The translations under genes were made by a program, and so were the position numbers. The notes below the pieces were generated by a model, which was not told where the DNA came from, did not search any database, and worked only from the letters and a program-made list of their open reading frames with translations. Source: an uncultured Clostridia bacterium (GTDB lineage: Bacteria > Acidobacteriota > Aminicenantia > UBA2199). From it: a DNA stretch of 64,000 bases. Where the stretch lies: contig CAYWEM010000001.1 of assembly GCA_964457225.1 (NCBI GenBank), forward strand, positions 78,012 to 142,011, written 5' to 3'. Shown piece after piece: positions 28,030 to 38,096 of the stretch (position 1 is its first letter; each line of letters begins with the position of its first letter).

Positions 28030-29914
28030 GCCGCGAGTATTCCTGTTTCTTTTTTTTCTCTTTTTCAGCCTGGTTTCAGGATCCGTGCCCAGGCAGGAAA
28101 TCACCGCCCTGTTCGACTCGGGGGAATACGAAAAACTGGTGGAAAGGGCCCTGCGTCTGCAGGCCGGGCCGGCGGCCGCGCTTTCACCCGGAGACCGCGC
28201 CTTTCTCAATCATCACCTTGGCCTGGCCTACCAGGCCCTGGGCAAACGGGAAATGGCCTGGCAATATTTCAAGGCCAATGCCGATTCATTTGCGGAATTA
28301 CAGGAGAGCCTGCCGTCCCTGCTGGCCCTGGCCGAACTCCATCTCCAGGAACCCCTGATCCGGGAAGCTTACCTGGAAAGAATAGTCGGCGGATTCCCCG
28401 GCACTCCGGAAGCCGGGCGGGCGGCGGCTGAACTGGTCGCCTACCACCTCAGGCAGGGCAACCTGAGCAAGGCCCTGGAAATCATCCAGGCTCCGGCCAG
28501 GCAATGGCCCCATTCCGAGATGACCCCGCAGCTCCACATGCTGGCGGCCATGGCCTATGCTGAAAGCCGTGATTTCATTGAAGCCCACGATTTCCTGCGC
28601 CTGGCCGAAAGAGCCATGCCGGAAAGCATCCGGAAAAACGCCCAATACCTGTTTTACGCCGGGAAAATCAAGTACAACAACCAGGACTTCAAGACTGCGG
28701 CAGAATACCTTCAGGTTCTGCAGAACGTTTTTCCGGTGCATGAAAACTTTTTCGAAGCCGCCCTGATCCTGGCCGACTCACTGGAACGGGAAAACAAGAC
28801 CAAGCTGGCCGCGGCCTTTCTGATCCAGGCCCTGGACCGGAATCCGCCCCAGTCATTTCTCTATCCGAACATGCTGCGGCTCGGCCGCATGATCGATCGT
28901 TTCAACCAGGCCGATTACCAGGAATTCGCCGCCCGTTACCCACTTTTCGCAGACACCAGACGCCTGTTTGAAATAGTGGCCAGGAATTCCCCGGTTTACG
29001 AGCAGAGGCGCGAAGCGACAATCCTGCTGACCCTGAACCTGAAAAGGAACAATTTCATCAAGGAAGCCATCAAGGTGTACCGTGATTTCATGAAAAACCG
29101 GCCTGACCCCATGCTGGAAAAGTATTTCCGGGAAACGGTCGACTTGTTTCTCAACACCCTGGCGGCTGAAGGAGAATGGGCGCAAATACTGCGCTTCTGG
29201 CTGGAAACCAAGGAAACCAAGAGCATTTTTTCCTCGGCCAATCTCAATGCCCTGGGCGACGCCCTGGTCAAAACCAACATGTGGAAAAACGCCCTGGAAG
29301 TATTCAACTTCATGCTGCGTTACAATCTTTACGCGGAGCACTGGGATAACGCCCGCAGGCAAAAAGCCCGCATCAGCTTCAACCTGGGGCTTTTCGAGGA
29401 CTGCCTGGCCGACCTGGAAAAAACCGGTCCCCTGTCGGATTACGAACAGAGCGAATTCCAATACTACCGGGTGGTCTGCCTGCAAAGAACCGGACGGCCG
29501 GAAGAAGCCGAAAAGACAATCATGGGCCTGGACCTGTCCGAACCCGGCAATCCCTTCCAGGCTCGACTGCTGATCATGAAAGCGGAAAAACTGATGAGCC
29601 GCGGGGAGCGTGACCGGGCCCTTGAGACGGCGCAAATCCTGCTGGCGGAAAAGAATCTCGAGGACGCCGTTCTGGCCAGGGCGCTTTCCCTGGCGGCGGA
29701 AGTTCATTTCCTGCGCCGGGAATGGCCGGAAAGCATAAAGATACTGGATGAACTGGAAAAAAGAGAGCTCAACCTGGACTGGGTGCTGTATCGGCGGGCA
29801 TCGGTTCAGCAACGCTCCGGGCTGAGTTCTGAGGCCAGGGCAACCGCGGCCCGGCTGGCCGAGCTCTTTCCTGATTCCTTCTGGCTGAAGCAGTGGCGGT
29901 CCGATGAGCGCTGA
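28019..29914 (+). CDS. Secreted TPR-repeat protein
   Basis: Signal peptide MKTEPRVFLFLFFLFFSLVSG, followed by many TPR-like repeats. Overlaps both neighbours by 11 bp, so it is translationally coupled. Confidence 0.6.
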   Translation: MKTEPRVFLFLFFLFFSLVSGSVPRQEITALFDSGEYEKLVERALRLQAGPAAALSPGDRAFLNHHLGLAYQALGKREMAWQYFKANADSFAELQESLPSLLALAELHLQEPLIREAYLERIVGGFPGTPEAGRAAAELVAYHLRQGNLSKALEIIQAPARQWPHSEMTPQLHMLAAMAYAESRDFIEAHDFLRLAERAMPESIRKNAQYLFYAGKIKYNNQDFKTAAEYLQVLQNVFPVHENFFEAALILADSLERENKTKLAAAFLIQALDRNPPQSFLYPNMLRLGRMIDRFNQADYQEFAARYPLFADTRRLFEIVARNSPVYEQRREATILLTLNLKRNNFIKEAIKVYRDFMKNRPDPMLEKYFRETVDLFLNTLAAEGEWAQILRFWLETKETKSIFSSANLNALGDALVKTNMWKNALEVFNFMLRYNLYAEHWDNARRQKARISFNLGLFEDCLADLEKTGPLSDYEQSEFQYYRVVCLQRTGRPEEAEKTIMGLDLSEPGNPFQARLLIMKAEKLMSRGERDRALETAQILLAEKNLEDAVLARALSLAAEVHFLRREWPESIKILDELEKRELNLDWVLYRRASVQQRSGLSSEARATAARLAELFPDSFWLKQWRSDER

Positions 29915-31028
29915 AAACGAACTCTCTCTGGTAAAGAAAGCCTTCGAAGAGTTCATCCTGACATCCAAGAATCTTGAACAGGCCTATGATACGCTCAAAG
30001 ACGAAGCAAACCGGCTGGCCGTTTACCTGGCCAACGTCATTGAAAACGTCGGTTCGGCCCTGCTGGTTTTCAATGACTCCGGCCGGCTGGTAATGTGGAA
30101 CCGCCTGGCTGAAAACATCATGCCGGTTTTGCAGGGGCAGAAAGCGCCCTTGAAACTGGCCGACCTGCCTGCCCCCCTGCCCTTTGACCTGGATGAAATA
30201 CTGACCCAGGAGCGTCGCTTTCACGAATACAGCCAGGGGAGCAACGGTAATCAGCGCTGGTTCGAGCTGGTCCGTTCCGATTTCAAGGACAGCCGCGGCC
30301 GCCAGCTCGGCACCATCGTCACCATCACCGACAAGACCGACCTGAAGACCCTGCAGATCAAGAGCCAGAGAGAAGACCGCCTGCGCATCATGGGTGAATT
30401 CGCCGCGGAAGTGGCCCACGAGATCCGCAACCCTCTGGCTTCAATCGAACTGATGCTGCAGATGCTGGCCGACGACCTGGGAGAAGATCTTTCCGCCGTG
30501 AATTTGATCGGCCGCATCAGGTCGGCCACCGGCACCATCAATCACATCGTCAGCAACATCCTGCTCTACACCAAGCACATCCAGCCGGAAAAAACCAGGG
30601 TTGACCTGGGAAAATGCCTGCACCAGGCGGAAAACACCGCCATCAACCTGATCATCAGGAAGTCGGTAGAAATAGAGTACCGGCTGGCTGAAAAAAACGT
30701 AAGCGCTGATTTTGAACTGCTGGCCCAATGCCTGGCCAACCTGATCCTAAACGCGGCCCAGGCCGTTGCCGACCGGGAAGGCAGGATCGTGGTCAGTTCC
30801 TCTCCGGCTCCTGACGGTCGGATAAAAGTCTCGGTGGCCGACAACGGTCCCGGGATTCCCGAGGAAATCAGGGACAAGGTTTTCCTGCCCTTCTTCACCA
30901 CCAGGAATTCAGGAACCGGGTTGGGCCTGGCCATGGTCAAGCGGGTGATCGAGGCCCACGACGGCGCCATAGAATTGAACTCAATTCCGGGCGGCACTGT
31001 TTTTTCCCTGTTTTTTCCCTTAGAATAA
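29904..31028 (+). CDS. Cytoplasmic sensor histidine kinase (PAS-like + HisKA + HATPase_c)
   Basis: H-box EFAAEVAHEIRNPLASI. N-box LILNAAQA. G1 VADNGPGIP. G2 GTGLGLAMV. Confidence 0.8.
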   Translation: MSAENELSLVKKAFEEFILTSKNLEQAYDTLKDEANRLAVYLANVIENVGSALLVFNDSGRLVMWNRLAENIMPVLQGQKAPLKLADLPAPLPFDLDEILTQERRFHEYSQGSNGNQRWFELVRSDFKDSRGRQLGTIVTITDKTDLKTLQIKSQREDRLRIMGEFAAEVAHEIRNPLASIELMLQMLADDLGEDLSAVNLIGRIRSATGTINHIVSNILLYTKHIQPEKTRVDLGKCLHQAENTAINLIIRKSVEIEYRLAEKNVSADFELLAQCLANLILNAAQAVADREGRIVVSSSPAPDGRIKVSVADNGPGIPEEIRDKVFLPFFTTRNSGTGLGLAMVKRVIEAHDGAIELNSIPGGTVFSLFFPLE

Positions 31029-31032
31029 GGAC

Positions 31033-32334
31033 ATGCATTTACCCGACATACTGGTAGTCGACGACGATGAAAACCTCAATTACGCCATCGGCGAAACCCT
31101 GAAACGCAAGGACTACCTGGTCGATCAGGCCTATTCCCTGAGTGAAGCCCGGGAAAAGATTAACCAAAGGGCTTATCCGATGGTGATAACCGATGTCCGC
31201 ATGCCCGGGGGCAGCGGTATCAGCCTGGTGTCCGAGATCAAGAAGCGTTACCCGGCCAGCGCGGTGATAGTCATCACCGCCTACGGCAAGGTCGAGGATG
31301 CCGTGACCGCCCTGAAGCACGGGGCTGAAGACTACATCCTGAAACCTTTCCCGGCTGAAAACATCCTGGGCCTGGTTGAAAAGTTCTTCCCGGCTCATTT
31401 TCTACCGGCCGCCGGCCCGGATTTCCTGACCGCCGACCCGGCCATGAACGCCTTGCTGGAAAAAGCGCGCCGGGTGGCGCCGAGCAACGCCGCCGTTCTG
31501 ATCAGCGGTGAAAGCGGCGCCGGCAAGGAAGTGCTGGCCCGCTACATTCACAACGGCAGCCGGCGGCGGGAAAACGCCTTCCTGGCCATGAACTGCGCGG
31601 CCATCCCGGAAAACCTGCTGGAGAGTGAATTGTTCGGTTACGAAAAGGGCGCCTTTACCGGGGCCGACAAGTTCAAACCGGGCAAGTTCGAACTGGCCGA
31701 CGGCGGCACCCTGGTGCTGGACGAAATCGGAGACATGCCCCTGCACCTGCAGGCCAAGATACTCCGGGTCATCCAGGAAAAAGAGATCGACCGCCTGGGC
31801 GGGCGCAAGCCGCAGCCGGTCGATGTCCGGCTGGTTTCCCTGACCAACCAGGACATTCCGGCCAGGATCATGGAAAAATCGTTTCGCGAGGACCTGTATT
31901 TCAGGCTGAACGTGGTTGAATTACTGATCCCGCCCCTGCGGGAAAGACCGGCCGACATCAGTCTGCTGGCCGGTCGATTCTGCCAACTCTATGGATTGGA
32001 AACGAAAAGGCCCGGGCTGAAGCTGGCCCCCGACGCCGAGCGAAAACTCCAGGATCATTCCTGGCCGGGCAATGTCCGCGAATTGCAGAATACGATCCAG
32101 AGAGCGGTTATATTCAGCAACGGCGACAGTATCGGCGCCGCTGACATTGAGTTCCGGGCCGCCTCCCCCGGCGCCGTTAAAACCGGGCTGATGACCGTGG
32201 CTGAAATGGAAAAAGACCTCATCCTGCAAACCCTGGAAAAGGTGAACAACCGCACCCGGGCCGCCGAGGTACTGGGCATATCGCCGCGCACCCTGCGCAA
32301 CAAGCTCAGGGAATACAACCTGTCCGAAGAATAG
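31033..32334 (+). CDS. Sigma-54-dependent response regulator (NtrC family): receiver + AAA+ sigma-54 activation domain + Fis-type HTH
   Basis: Receiver ILVVDDDENL..VITDVRMPGGSG. Walker A GESGAGKEV. GAFTGA motif. C-terminal HTH AAEVLGISPRTLRNKLREY. TAG stop. Confidence 0.85.
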   Translation: MHLPDILVVDDDENLNYAIGETLKRKDYLVDQAYSLSEAREKINQRAYPMVITDVRMPGGSGISLVSEIKKRYPASAVIVITAYGKVEDAVTALKHGAEDYILKPFPAENILGLVEKFFPAHFLPAAGPDFLTADPAMNALLEKARRVAPSNAAVLISGESGAGKEVLARYIHNGSRRRENAFLAMNCAAIPENLLESELFGYEKGAFTGADKFKPGKFELADGGTLVLDEIGDMPLHLQAKILRVIQEKEIDRLGGRKPQPVDVRLVSLTNQDIPARIMEKSFREDLYFRLNVVELLIPPLRERPADISLLAGRFCQLYGLETKRPGLKLAPDAERKLQDHSWPGNVRELQNTIQRAVIFSNGDSIGAADIEFRAASPGAVKTGLMTVAEMEKDLILQTLEKVNNRTRAAEVLGISPRTLRNKLREYNLSEE

Positions 32335-32416
32335 CCGCTCCCCCGCCGCTAAAATCCACCACCTAATTTCTGCAATTGTTCTGAAGAGCAATATAAGGGT
32401 TGAGTTTTACCTGAGT

Positions 32417-32594
32417 GAAAGGGTGAATCAACGCTCACCACTACGGTGCAGACCGACGTTAAGCCAGGCTGTACTAACATGACCAACTCGCTTCGCTCAG
32501 ACAGTGGTCATGTTACCCTGAAGGGCACGTCCAGCCTGGCTTTGTCGGTTCCCTGCACCTTCGTTTGACGTTCGCTTTTGCTTCACCCTTTCCC
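32417..32594 (-). repeat. Copy A1 of the ~177-nt structured palindromic element (inverted relative to copies A3/A4)
   Basis: Reverse complement is 99% identical to 48783-48959. Lies intergenic between ntrC-like and hslV. Confidence 0.85.
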
Positions 32595-32673
32595 TTGCCC
32601 CATATTTTTTGGTGGGGAATCATGGGCCGGACGTTCATTTGACTAGCCCGGGCAAAAGGAATAAAATCAAGCC

Positions 32674-33210
32674 ATGAATGCAAGTATCAAAGGAACAACC
32701 GTTCTCTGCGTCCGCCGCAACGGCAGGGTGGCCATGGGCTCCGACGGCCAGGTGACATTGCAGAACACGATCATCAAGCACCGGGCGCGCAAGATCAGGC
32801 GTCTATACCAGAACCGGGTCCTGGCCGGATTCGCCGGCTCAACTTCAGACGCGTTTTCCCTGTTCCAGCGTTTCGAATCAAAGCTGGAAGAGTACAGCGG
32901 CAACATCTCCCGCGCCGCCATCGAGCTGTCCAAGGAATGGCGCACCGACAAGATCCTGCGCCGTCTTGAAGCCATGCTGATCGTGGCCAACGAGGAAAAA
33001 TCCTACCTCCTGTCCGGCTCGGGTGACGTGATAGAACCGGACGACGATGTCCTGGCCATCGGCTCGGGAGGTCCCATGGCCATGGCCGCGGCCCTGGCCC
33101 TGCTGAAGCACAGCGACCTGGACCCGGCCGAAATCACGGCCAAGTCGCTGGAAATCGCGGCCGGAATCTGCATTTACACCAACGATTCATTCTGCATCGA
33201 GGAACTCTGA
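32674..33210 (+). CDS. hslV: ATP-dependent protease subunit HslV
   Basis: TTVLCVRRNGRVAMGSDGQVTL...GSGG family signature. Note the 7-aa N-terminal extension (MNASIKG) before the catalytic Thr. Confidence 0.85.
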   Translation: MNASIKGTTVLCVRRNGRVAMGSDGQVTLQNTIIKHRARKIRRLYQNRVLAGFAGSTSDAFSLFQRFESKLEEYSGNISRAAIELSKEWRTDKILRRLEAMLIVANEEKSYLLSGSGDVIEPDDDVLAIGSGGPMAMAAALALLKHSDLDPAEITAKSLEIAAGICIYTNDSFCIEEL

Positions 33211-34590
33211 ATGGAAAACATCGCCCCGTCCCCTGACAACCTGACCCCCAGGGAAATCGTCGCCGAACTCGACAAGTACATCATCGGCCAGAATGCGGCC
33301 AAGAAAGCCGTGGCCGTGGCCCTGCGCAACCGTTTCCGCCGCCAGCGCCTGCCCAGGGAAATCGCCGATGACATAATCCCCAAGAACATCCTGATGATCG
33401 GTCCGACCGGGGTTGGCAAAACTGAAATCGCCCGGCGCCTGGCCCGGCTGACCAGGTCTCCTTTCATCAAGGTTGAAGCTTCCAAGTTCACCGAAGTCGG
33501 CTATGTCGGCCGTGACGTTGAATCGATAATCCGGGACCTGGTGCGGATTGCCATTGACCAGACCAAGATGGACAAAATGGCGGAAAACGTCGAAAAAGCC
33601 AGGAGAAACGTGGAAGAAAGACTCTTGAACGTGCTCCTGCCGCCGGCCAAGAGAAACATCAGCGAAAGCACGCCGTCCGAAACAGAGCCGACCCAGGAAT
33701 CAGCTCTCGATACCAGGGAAAAAATGCGCAAAATGCTGCGTGAGGGCAAGCTGGATGAACGCCAGGTGGAAATCGAAGTCCGGGCCAACCAGTTCGCCCC
33801 GCTGGAAATCTTCTCTTCCTCCGGAGTCGAGGAAATAGGCATCACCATCGGCGAGATGATGCCCAATATCTTCGGCGGCATGAAAACCCGCAAGCGCCGC
33901 ATGAGCGTGGCCGAGGCGGCCGAATACCTGTTCAACGAGGAGCAGAACAAACTGCTCGACATGGATGATATCGCCAAGACGGCCATCCAGCAGACCGAGC
34001 AGATGGGCATAGTCTTTCTCGATGAAATAGACAAGATAGCCGGCCGGGAAACGACCAGCCAGGGACCGATGGTTTCCCGGGAGGGAGTCCAGCGCGACCT
34101 GCTGCCCATAATCGAGGGCACCACGGTCAACACCAAGCACGGCATGGTCAAAACAGATCATATCCTCTTCATCGGCGCCGGCGCCTTTCACGTCAGCAAG
34201 CCGGCGGACCTGATCCCCGAACTCCAGGGACGCTTCCCGATCAGGGTCGAGCTCGATTCCCTGAGCAAGCAGGATTTCATGCGCATCCTGGTTGAGCCGA
34301 AAAACGCCCTGACCAAGCAATACAGTCACCTGCTGGGCACTGAAGGTCTGGAAGTCAATTTCAGCGAAGACGCCATCGAGGAAATCGCCCTGCTGGCCGA
34401 AAAAATCAACACCGGCAACGAAAACATCGGAGCCCGCCGACTGCACACCATCATGGAAAAAGCGCTGGAAGAGATATCCTTCGACGCATCCAACGTCGAT
34501 CACGGCCGGGTGAACATAGACCGTGAATACATTCGCTCCCGGGTTGAAAGCATCGCCGGAGACAGTGATTTGAGTAAATACATACTTTAG
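33211..34590 (+). CDS. hslU: ATP-dependent protease ATPase subunit HslU
   Basis: ILMIGPTGVGKTEIARRLA (Walker A), FIKVEASKFTEVGYVG, IVFLDEIDKI (Walker B). Adjacent to hslV. Confidence 0.9.
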   Translation: MENIAPSPDNLTPREIVAELDKYIIGQNAAKKAVAVALRNRFRRQRLPREIADDIIPKNILMIGPTGVGKTEIARRLARLTRSPFIKVEASKFTEVGYVGRDVESIIRDLVRIAIDQTKMDKMAENVEKARRNVEERLLNVLLPPAKRNISESTPSETEPTQESALDTREKMRKMLREGKLDERQVEIEVRANQFAPLEIFSSSGVEEIGITIGEMMPNIFGGMKTRKRRMSVAEAAEYLFNEEQNKLLDMDDIAKTAIQQTEQMGIVFLDEIDKIAGRETTSQGPMVSREGVQRDLLPIIEGTTVNTKHGMVKTDHILFIGAGAFHVSKPADLIPELQGRFPIRVELDSLSKQDFMRILVEPKNALTKQYSHLLGTEGLEVNFSEDAIEEIALLAEKINTGNENIGARRLHTIMEKALEEISFDASNVDHGRVNIDREYIRSRVESIAGDSDLSKYIL

Positions 34591-35670
34591 TTGAGAGGCA
34601 TCATGACAGCAAACAGATGCTGGACCTCGTTTTTCGTCATCCTGGTTCTTTTCAGCCCGGCCTGCGGCAAAAAAGGCCCCCTGGTACTGGAAAAGCCGGT
34701 TCTGCCCCCGGCCGTGGAAAAAGTAGAATTGCATCAGCTCGGCGAACAGCTGGTTGTTTCCTGGCGTTTTCCCCTCACCCTGAGCGATGGAAGCAGCACC
34801 TGGCTCAAGCAAAACCTGCAGCGGCTTGACCTGTTTTACAGCGAGCACGACCTGCCGGCGCAGAAATTGGCCCGCAGAGCCAATCTGCTGGGCCGCTTTT
34901 CGCCGCAGCAGCTTGAAGCCCGTCAGGACGGATCCTACCAGGCCGTTTTTCCCCTGAAGGGAAAAAAACTTTCCGGACAGCGCCATGCCGTGGTCATCCA
35001 GTACCGGTACGACCGGTTCAACTCTCCACCAAGCAACGTCGTTTACATGATCAGCCAGGCTCCGCCGGAGGCGGTCACCGGGCTCAAAGTTGAAGCCGGA
35101 CGGCGCAGCCTGATCCTTTCCTGGGAAAAACCGGAAAAAGACACCTCCGGGCGGCCGCTGGAAGTCCTCAGCGGATTCAAGGTCTACCGCAGGTATTCAG
35201 CCGGACCCGGGCGGGAAGAAAGGGATTTCCTGCCCCAGGTTGAAAAGCCACTGCTGGCAGATTCCTTTATCGACAAGAACGTCCGGAATCCGGGCGAATA
35301 CCAGTATTTCGTCACCGCCCTGAGAGGATCACAGGTCGAAAGCTCACCTTCCCAGGTTATCAGCTTCACCCTGGAAAGCGGTTTCCCCCCGGATCCGCCG
35401 GCCAACCTGGTCATATTCCAGGCCTCGGACCACCTGTTCCTCAACTGGCGGGCCCTGCCCGAAAGCAGTTTTTCCCATTACCGGGTCTACCGCCGCCGCT
35501 CGGCGGCTGATCAATTCGAGTTGCTGGCGGACCAGGTGAGGGAGAATCTCTACCGTGACCGCAGTGTCAGGCCGGGCCAGAGTTTTGAATACGCCCTGAG
35601 TGCGGTTGACGAAAACGGCAATGAAAGCGAATTGAGTTCCGCGGTCAGAGAGACCTTCCGCTCCGACTGA
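34591..35670 (+). CDS. Lipoprotein with fibronectin type III-like domains
   Basis: Lipobox LFSPAC|G. Repeated FN3-like beta modules (LKVEAGRRSLILSWEKPE...). Starts 1 nt after the hslU stop. Confidence 0.5.
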   Translation: MRGIMTANRCWTSFFVILVLFSPACGKKGPLVLEKPVLPPAVEKVELHQLGEQLVVSWRFPLTLSDGSSTWLKQNLQRLDLFYSEHDLPAQKLARRANLLGRFSPQQLEARQDGSYQAVFPLKGKKLSGQRHAVVIQYRYDRFNSPPSNVVYMISQAPPEAVTGLKVEAGRRSLILSWEKPEKDTSGRPLEVLSGFKVYRRYSAGPGREERDFLPQVEKPLLADSFIDKNVRNPGEYQYFVTALRGSQVESSPSQVISFTLESGFPPDPPANLVIFQASDHLFLNWRALPESSFSHYRVYRRRSAADQFELLADQVRENLYRDRSVRPGQSFEYALSAVDENGNESELSSAVRETFRSD

Positions 35671-36815
35671 TGTCCCCCTCAGCGCGCGTCGCCCTGGTCC
35701 GCTGTCCCGATTACCAGCCTGAAAAAGTCGAAGCGGCCATGGTCCGCGGGCTTGACCTGCTCGGCGGGGCAGCTCATTTTTTTCGAAGAAACGATAAACT
35801 GCTGTTGAAACCAAACCTGCTTTCCGCCGCGCCCCCGGAAAAAGCCGTAACCACCCACCCGGCCGTGTTCGCCGCGCTGGGACGCCTGGCCCTGGATCAA
35901 GGCTGTCGCTTGAGTTACGGGGATTCACCGGCCCGCTACAGTCAAAGCGCGGCCGCGGAGAAGAGCGGCATCGCAGCCGAGGCCAGGCGCCTGCAGATTC
36001 CGGCCGCCGACTTCAGCCGCCCGGTAACCCTGGCCAATCCCGGGGGCCTGCTGCTCAAACAGCTGACCCTGGCTGCGGCGGTCCTGGAAAACGACTCGCT
36101 GATAAACATCTGCAAACTGAAAACCCATGCCTTCACCCGCATCACCGGCGCGGTGAAAAACCTGCTCGGCTGCGTCCCCGGCCTGCTCAAGGCCGACTGG
36201 CACGTGCGCATGCCCCGCATCGAGCATTTCGGAGCCGGGCTGGTTGACCTGGCGGTCCGCCTCAAGCCCAGACTCCACGTCATGGACGGCATCCTGGCCA
36301 TGGAAGGCAACGGCCCTTCCGGGGGCAGTCCCAGGCAAATGGGCGTCCTGCTGTTGTCTACGGACCCCCTGGCTTTGGACAGTGTTTTCTGCCGCCTGAT
36401 CGGTTTGAACCCGGAGTTCGTGCCGACCATGAAACCGGGGCTGGCCGCCGGCCTGGGCACTTACCTGCCGGAGGAAATCGAAGTGCTGGGCGATCCCCCG
36501 GATGAACTGCGGGCCGACGATTTCCTGGTGGTGCGCCGACCGGCGGAGAGGGCCATTCAAAGTCATTTTATGCCTTCCTTCCTGCAGGCCCTGCTTTCAC
36601 CCCGCCCCCTGATCGATCAAAACGCCTGCACGCGTTGCGGCGTCTGCGTTTCGGCCTGCCCGGTTGAACCCAGGGCCCTTTTCCGCGACCTGCCGGACCA
36701 GTTGCCGCAATTCTCCTCAAGACACTGCATACGCTGTTACTGTTGCCAGGAGAATTGTCCGGAAGGAGCGATTTCAGTCTACCGGCCCCTGCTGGCCCGG
36801 CTGATTCACCGCTAG
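35670..36815 (+). CDS. DUF362-domain protein with C-terminal 4Fe-4S ferredoxin domain
   Basis: N-terminal DUF362-like fold (VALVRCPDY...LLKPNLL). C-terminal CTRCGVCVSACP ... CIRCYCCQENCP. Overlaps the upstream gene by 1 nt. TAG stop. Confidence 0.55.
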   Translation: MSPSARVALVRCPDYQPEKVEAAMVRGLDLLGGAAHFFRRNDKLLLKPNLLSAAPPEKAVTTHPAVFAALGRLALDQGCRLSYGDSPARYSQSAAAEKSGIAAEARRLQIPAADFSRPVTLANPGGLLLKQLTLAAAVLENDSLINICKLKTHAFTRITGAVKNLLGCVPGLLKADWHVRMPRIEHFGAGLVDLAVRLKPRLHVMDGILAMEGNGPSGGSPRQMGVLLLSTDPLALDSVFCRLIGLNPEFVPTMKPGLAAGLGTYLPEEIEVLGDPPDELRADDFLVVRRPAERAIQSHFMPSFLQALLSPRPLIDQNACTRCGVCVSACPVEPRALFRDLPDQLPQFSSRHCIRCYCCQENCPEGAISVYRPLLARLIHR

Positions 36816-38020
36816 GAAAAAGATTCCAGGGCTTGGGCGGCAATGCTGGCCCCGATGCTCAGGGAAGCGGTTGCCGCCGGTGACGGAGCGTTCAGAACGT
36901 GAACCTGCCGCTCGGCCTGCCTGATGCGGAAATCATCGACCAGGAAACCGTCTTTCTCCAGGGCCTGGGCCCGCACGCCGGCTCCGCCCGCTTCCAGGTC
37001 GGCCGAGCCCACCTCGGGCAGCATTCTCTGCAAAGCCTTGACAAAAGCCCTTTTGCTGAATGAACGGCGGAATTCGCCCAGCCCGGTATACCAGAATTTC
37101 AGCGCCATGCGCCAGAAACCCGGGTAAACGGTGAAATCCCAGGTATCCCGCGGGGAAAAGGACAGCTTCGAGTAACCCTCGCGCTTGAAGGCCAGCACGG
37201 CGTTCGGCCCGGCTTCCACCCCGCCCCTGATCATGCGGGTGAAATGCACGCCCAAAAAGGGAAAACGGGGATCAGGCACCGGGTAAACCAGGTGCTTGAC
37301 CAGGTGTTCGCTTGAGCGGCGGAAATTGTAGTATTCACCTCTGAAGGGAATGATGCGCAATCCCGGGTCGACTCCGCAGAGCCGGGCGACACGGTCGGAC
37401 TGCAGTCCGGCGCAATTGACCAGGTTGGCTGACCTGATTTCTCCGGCCGTGGTGGTCAGGATGAAATCGCGGCCTTCACGCTCGACTTTCAGCAGTCGTG
37501 ATTTCAGGAATATTTCCCCGCCCAGGGACTGTACTTCGCGGGCATAGGCTTCGCTGACCAGGGCGAAATCGATGATCCCGGTCTGGGGTACCAGCAGGGC
37601 TTCCAGGCAGCGAACCCGGGGCTCGCGTTCAGCCAGGGCCTCGGGACCGAGACGCTGCAGTCCCTGGAGGCCGTTGGCCCGGCCGCGTTCTTCCAGGGCC
37701 CGCAGGCGCGGAATTTCTTCCGGGCTGACCGCCAACACGACCTTGCCGCAGATATCAAAGGGAATTTCTCTTTCCCGGCAGAATTCAATCAGCTGCAACC
37801 TGCCCTGGACACAGTTTTCAGCCTTCAGCGAACCCGGCTTGTAGTAGAGCCCGGAATGAATCACCCCGCTGTTGCGCCCGGTCTGGTGTGAAGCCAGGCG
37901 GTCTTCAGCCTCAATCACGGCGATGGAGCGACGACCGGCCCGGGCCAGGGCCAGGGCGGTGGCCAGTCCGACTATGCCGCCCCCGATAACCACGATGTCC
38001 TTTTTTTTTCCTGAATTCAC
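36812..38020 (-). CDS. FAD-dependent oxidoreductase, L-2-hydroxyglutarate oxidase-like
   Basis: N-terminal dinucleotide-binding DIVVIGGGIVGLATALALA. Overall LhgO/YgaF-like length and motifs. Confidence 0.55.
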   Translation of the reverse strand: MNSGKKKDIVVIGGGIVGLATALALARAGRRSIAVIEAEDRLASHQTGRNSGVIHSGLYYKPGSLKAENCVQGRLQLIEFCREREIPFDICGKVVLAVSPEEIPRLRALEERGRANGLQGLQRLGPEALAEREPRVRCLEALLVPQTGIIDFALVSEAYAREVQSLGGEIFLKSRLLKVEREGRDFILTTTAGEIRSANLVNCAGLQSDRVARLCGVDPGLRIIPFRGEYYNFRRSSEHLVKHLVYPVPDPRFPFLGVHFTRMIRGGVEAGPNAVLAFKREGYSKLSFSPRDTWDFTVYPGFWRMALKFWYTGLGEFRRSFSKRAFVKALQRMLPEVGSADLEAGGAGVRAQALEKDGFLVDDFRIRQAERQVHVLNAPSPAATASLSIGASIAAQALESFS

Positions 38021-38096
38021 CGGGATCTCCTGGAAACCGGCACTGGAATCCGCCGGTTAAAGGGCATCCTAACACAGCCCCGGGCCGCCGGTCAAC

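Noticed and set aside
33700-34986. 428-aa minus-strand ORF
   Set aside because: Antisense to hslU, which has unmistakable Walker motifs on the plus strand.
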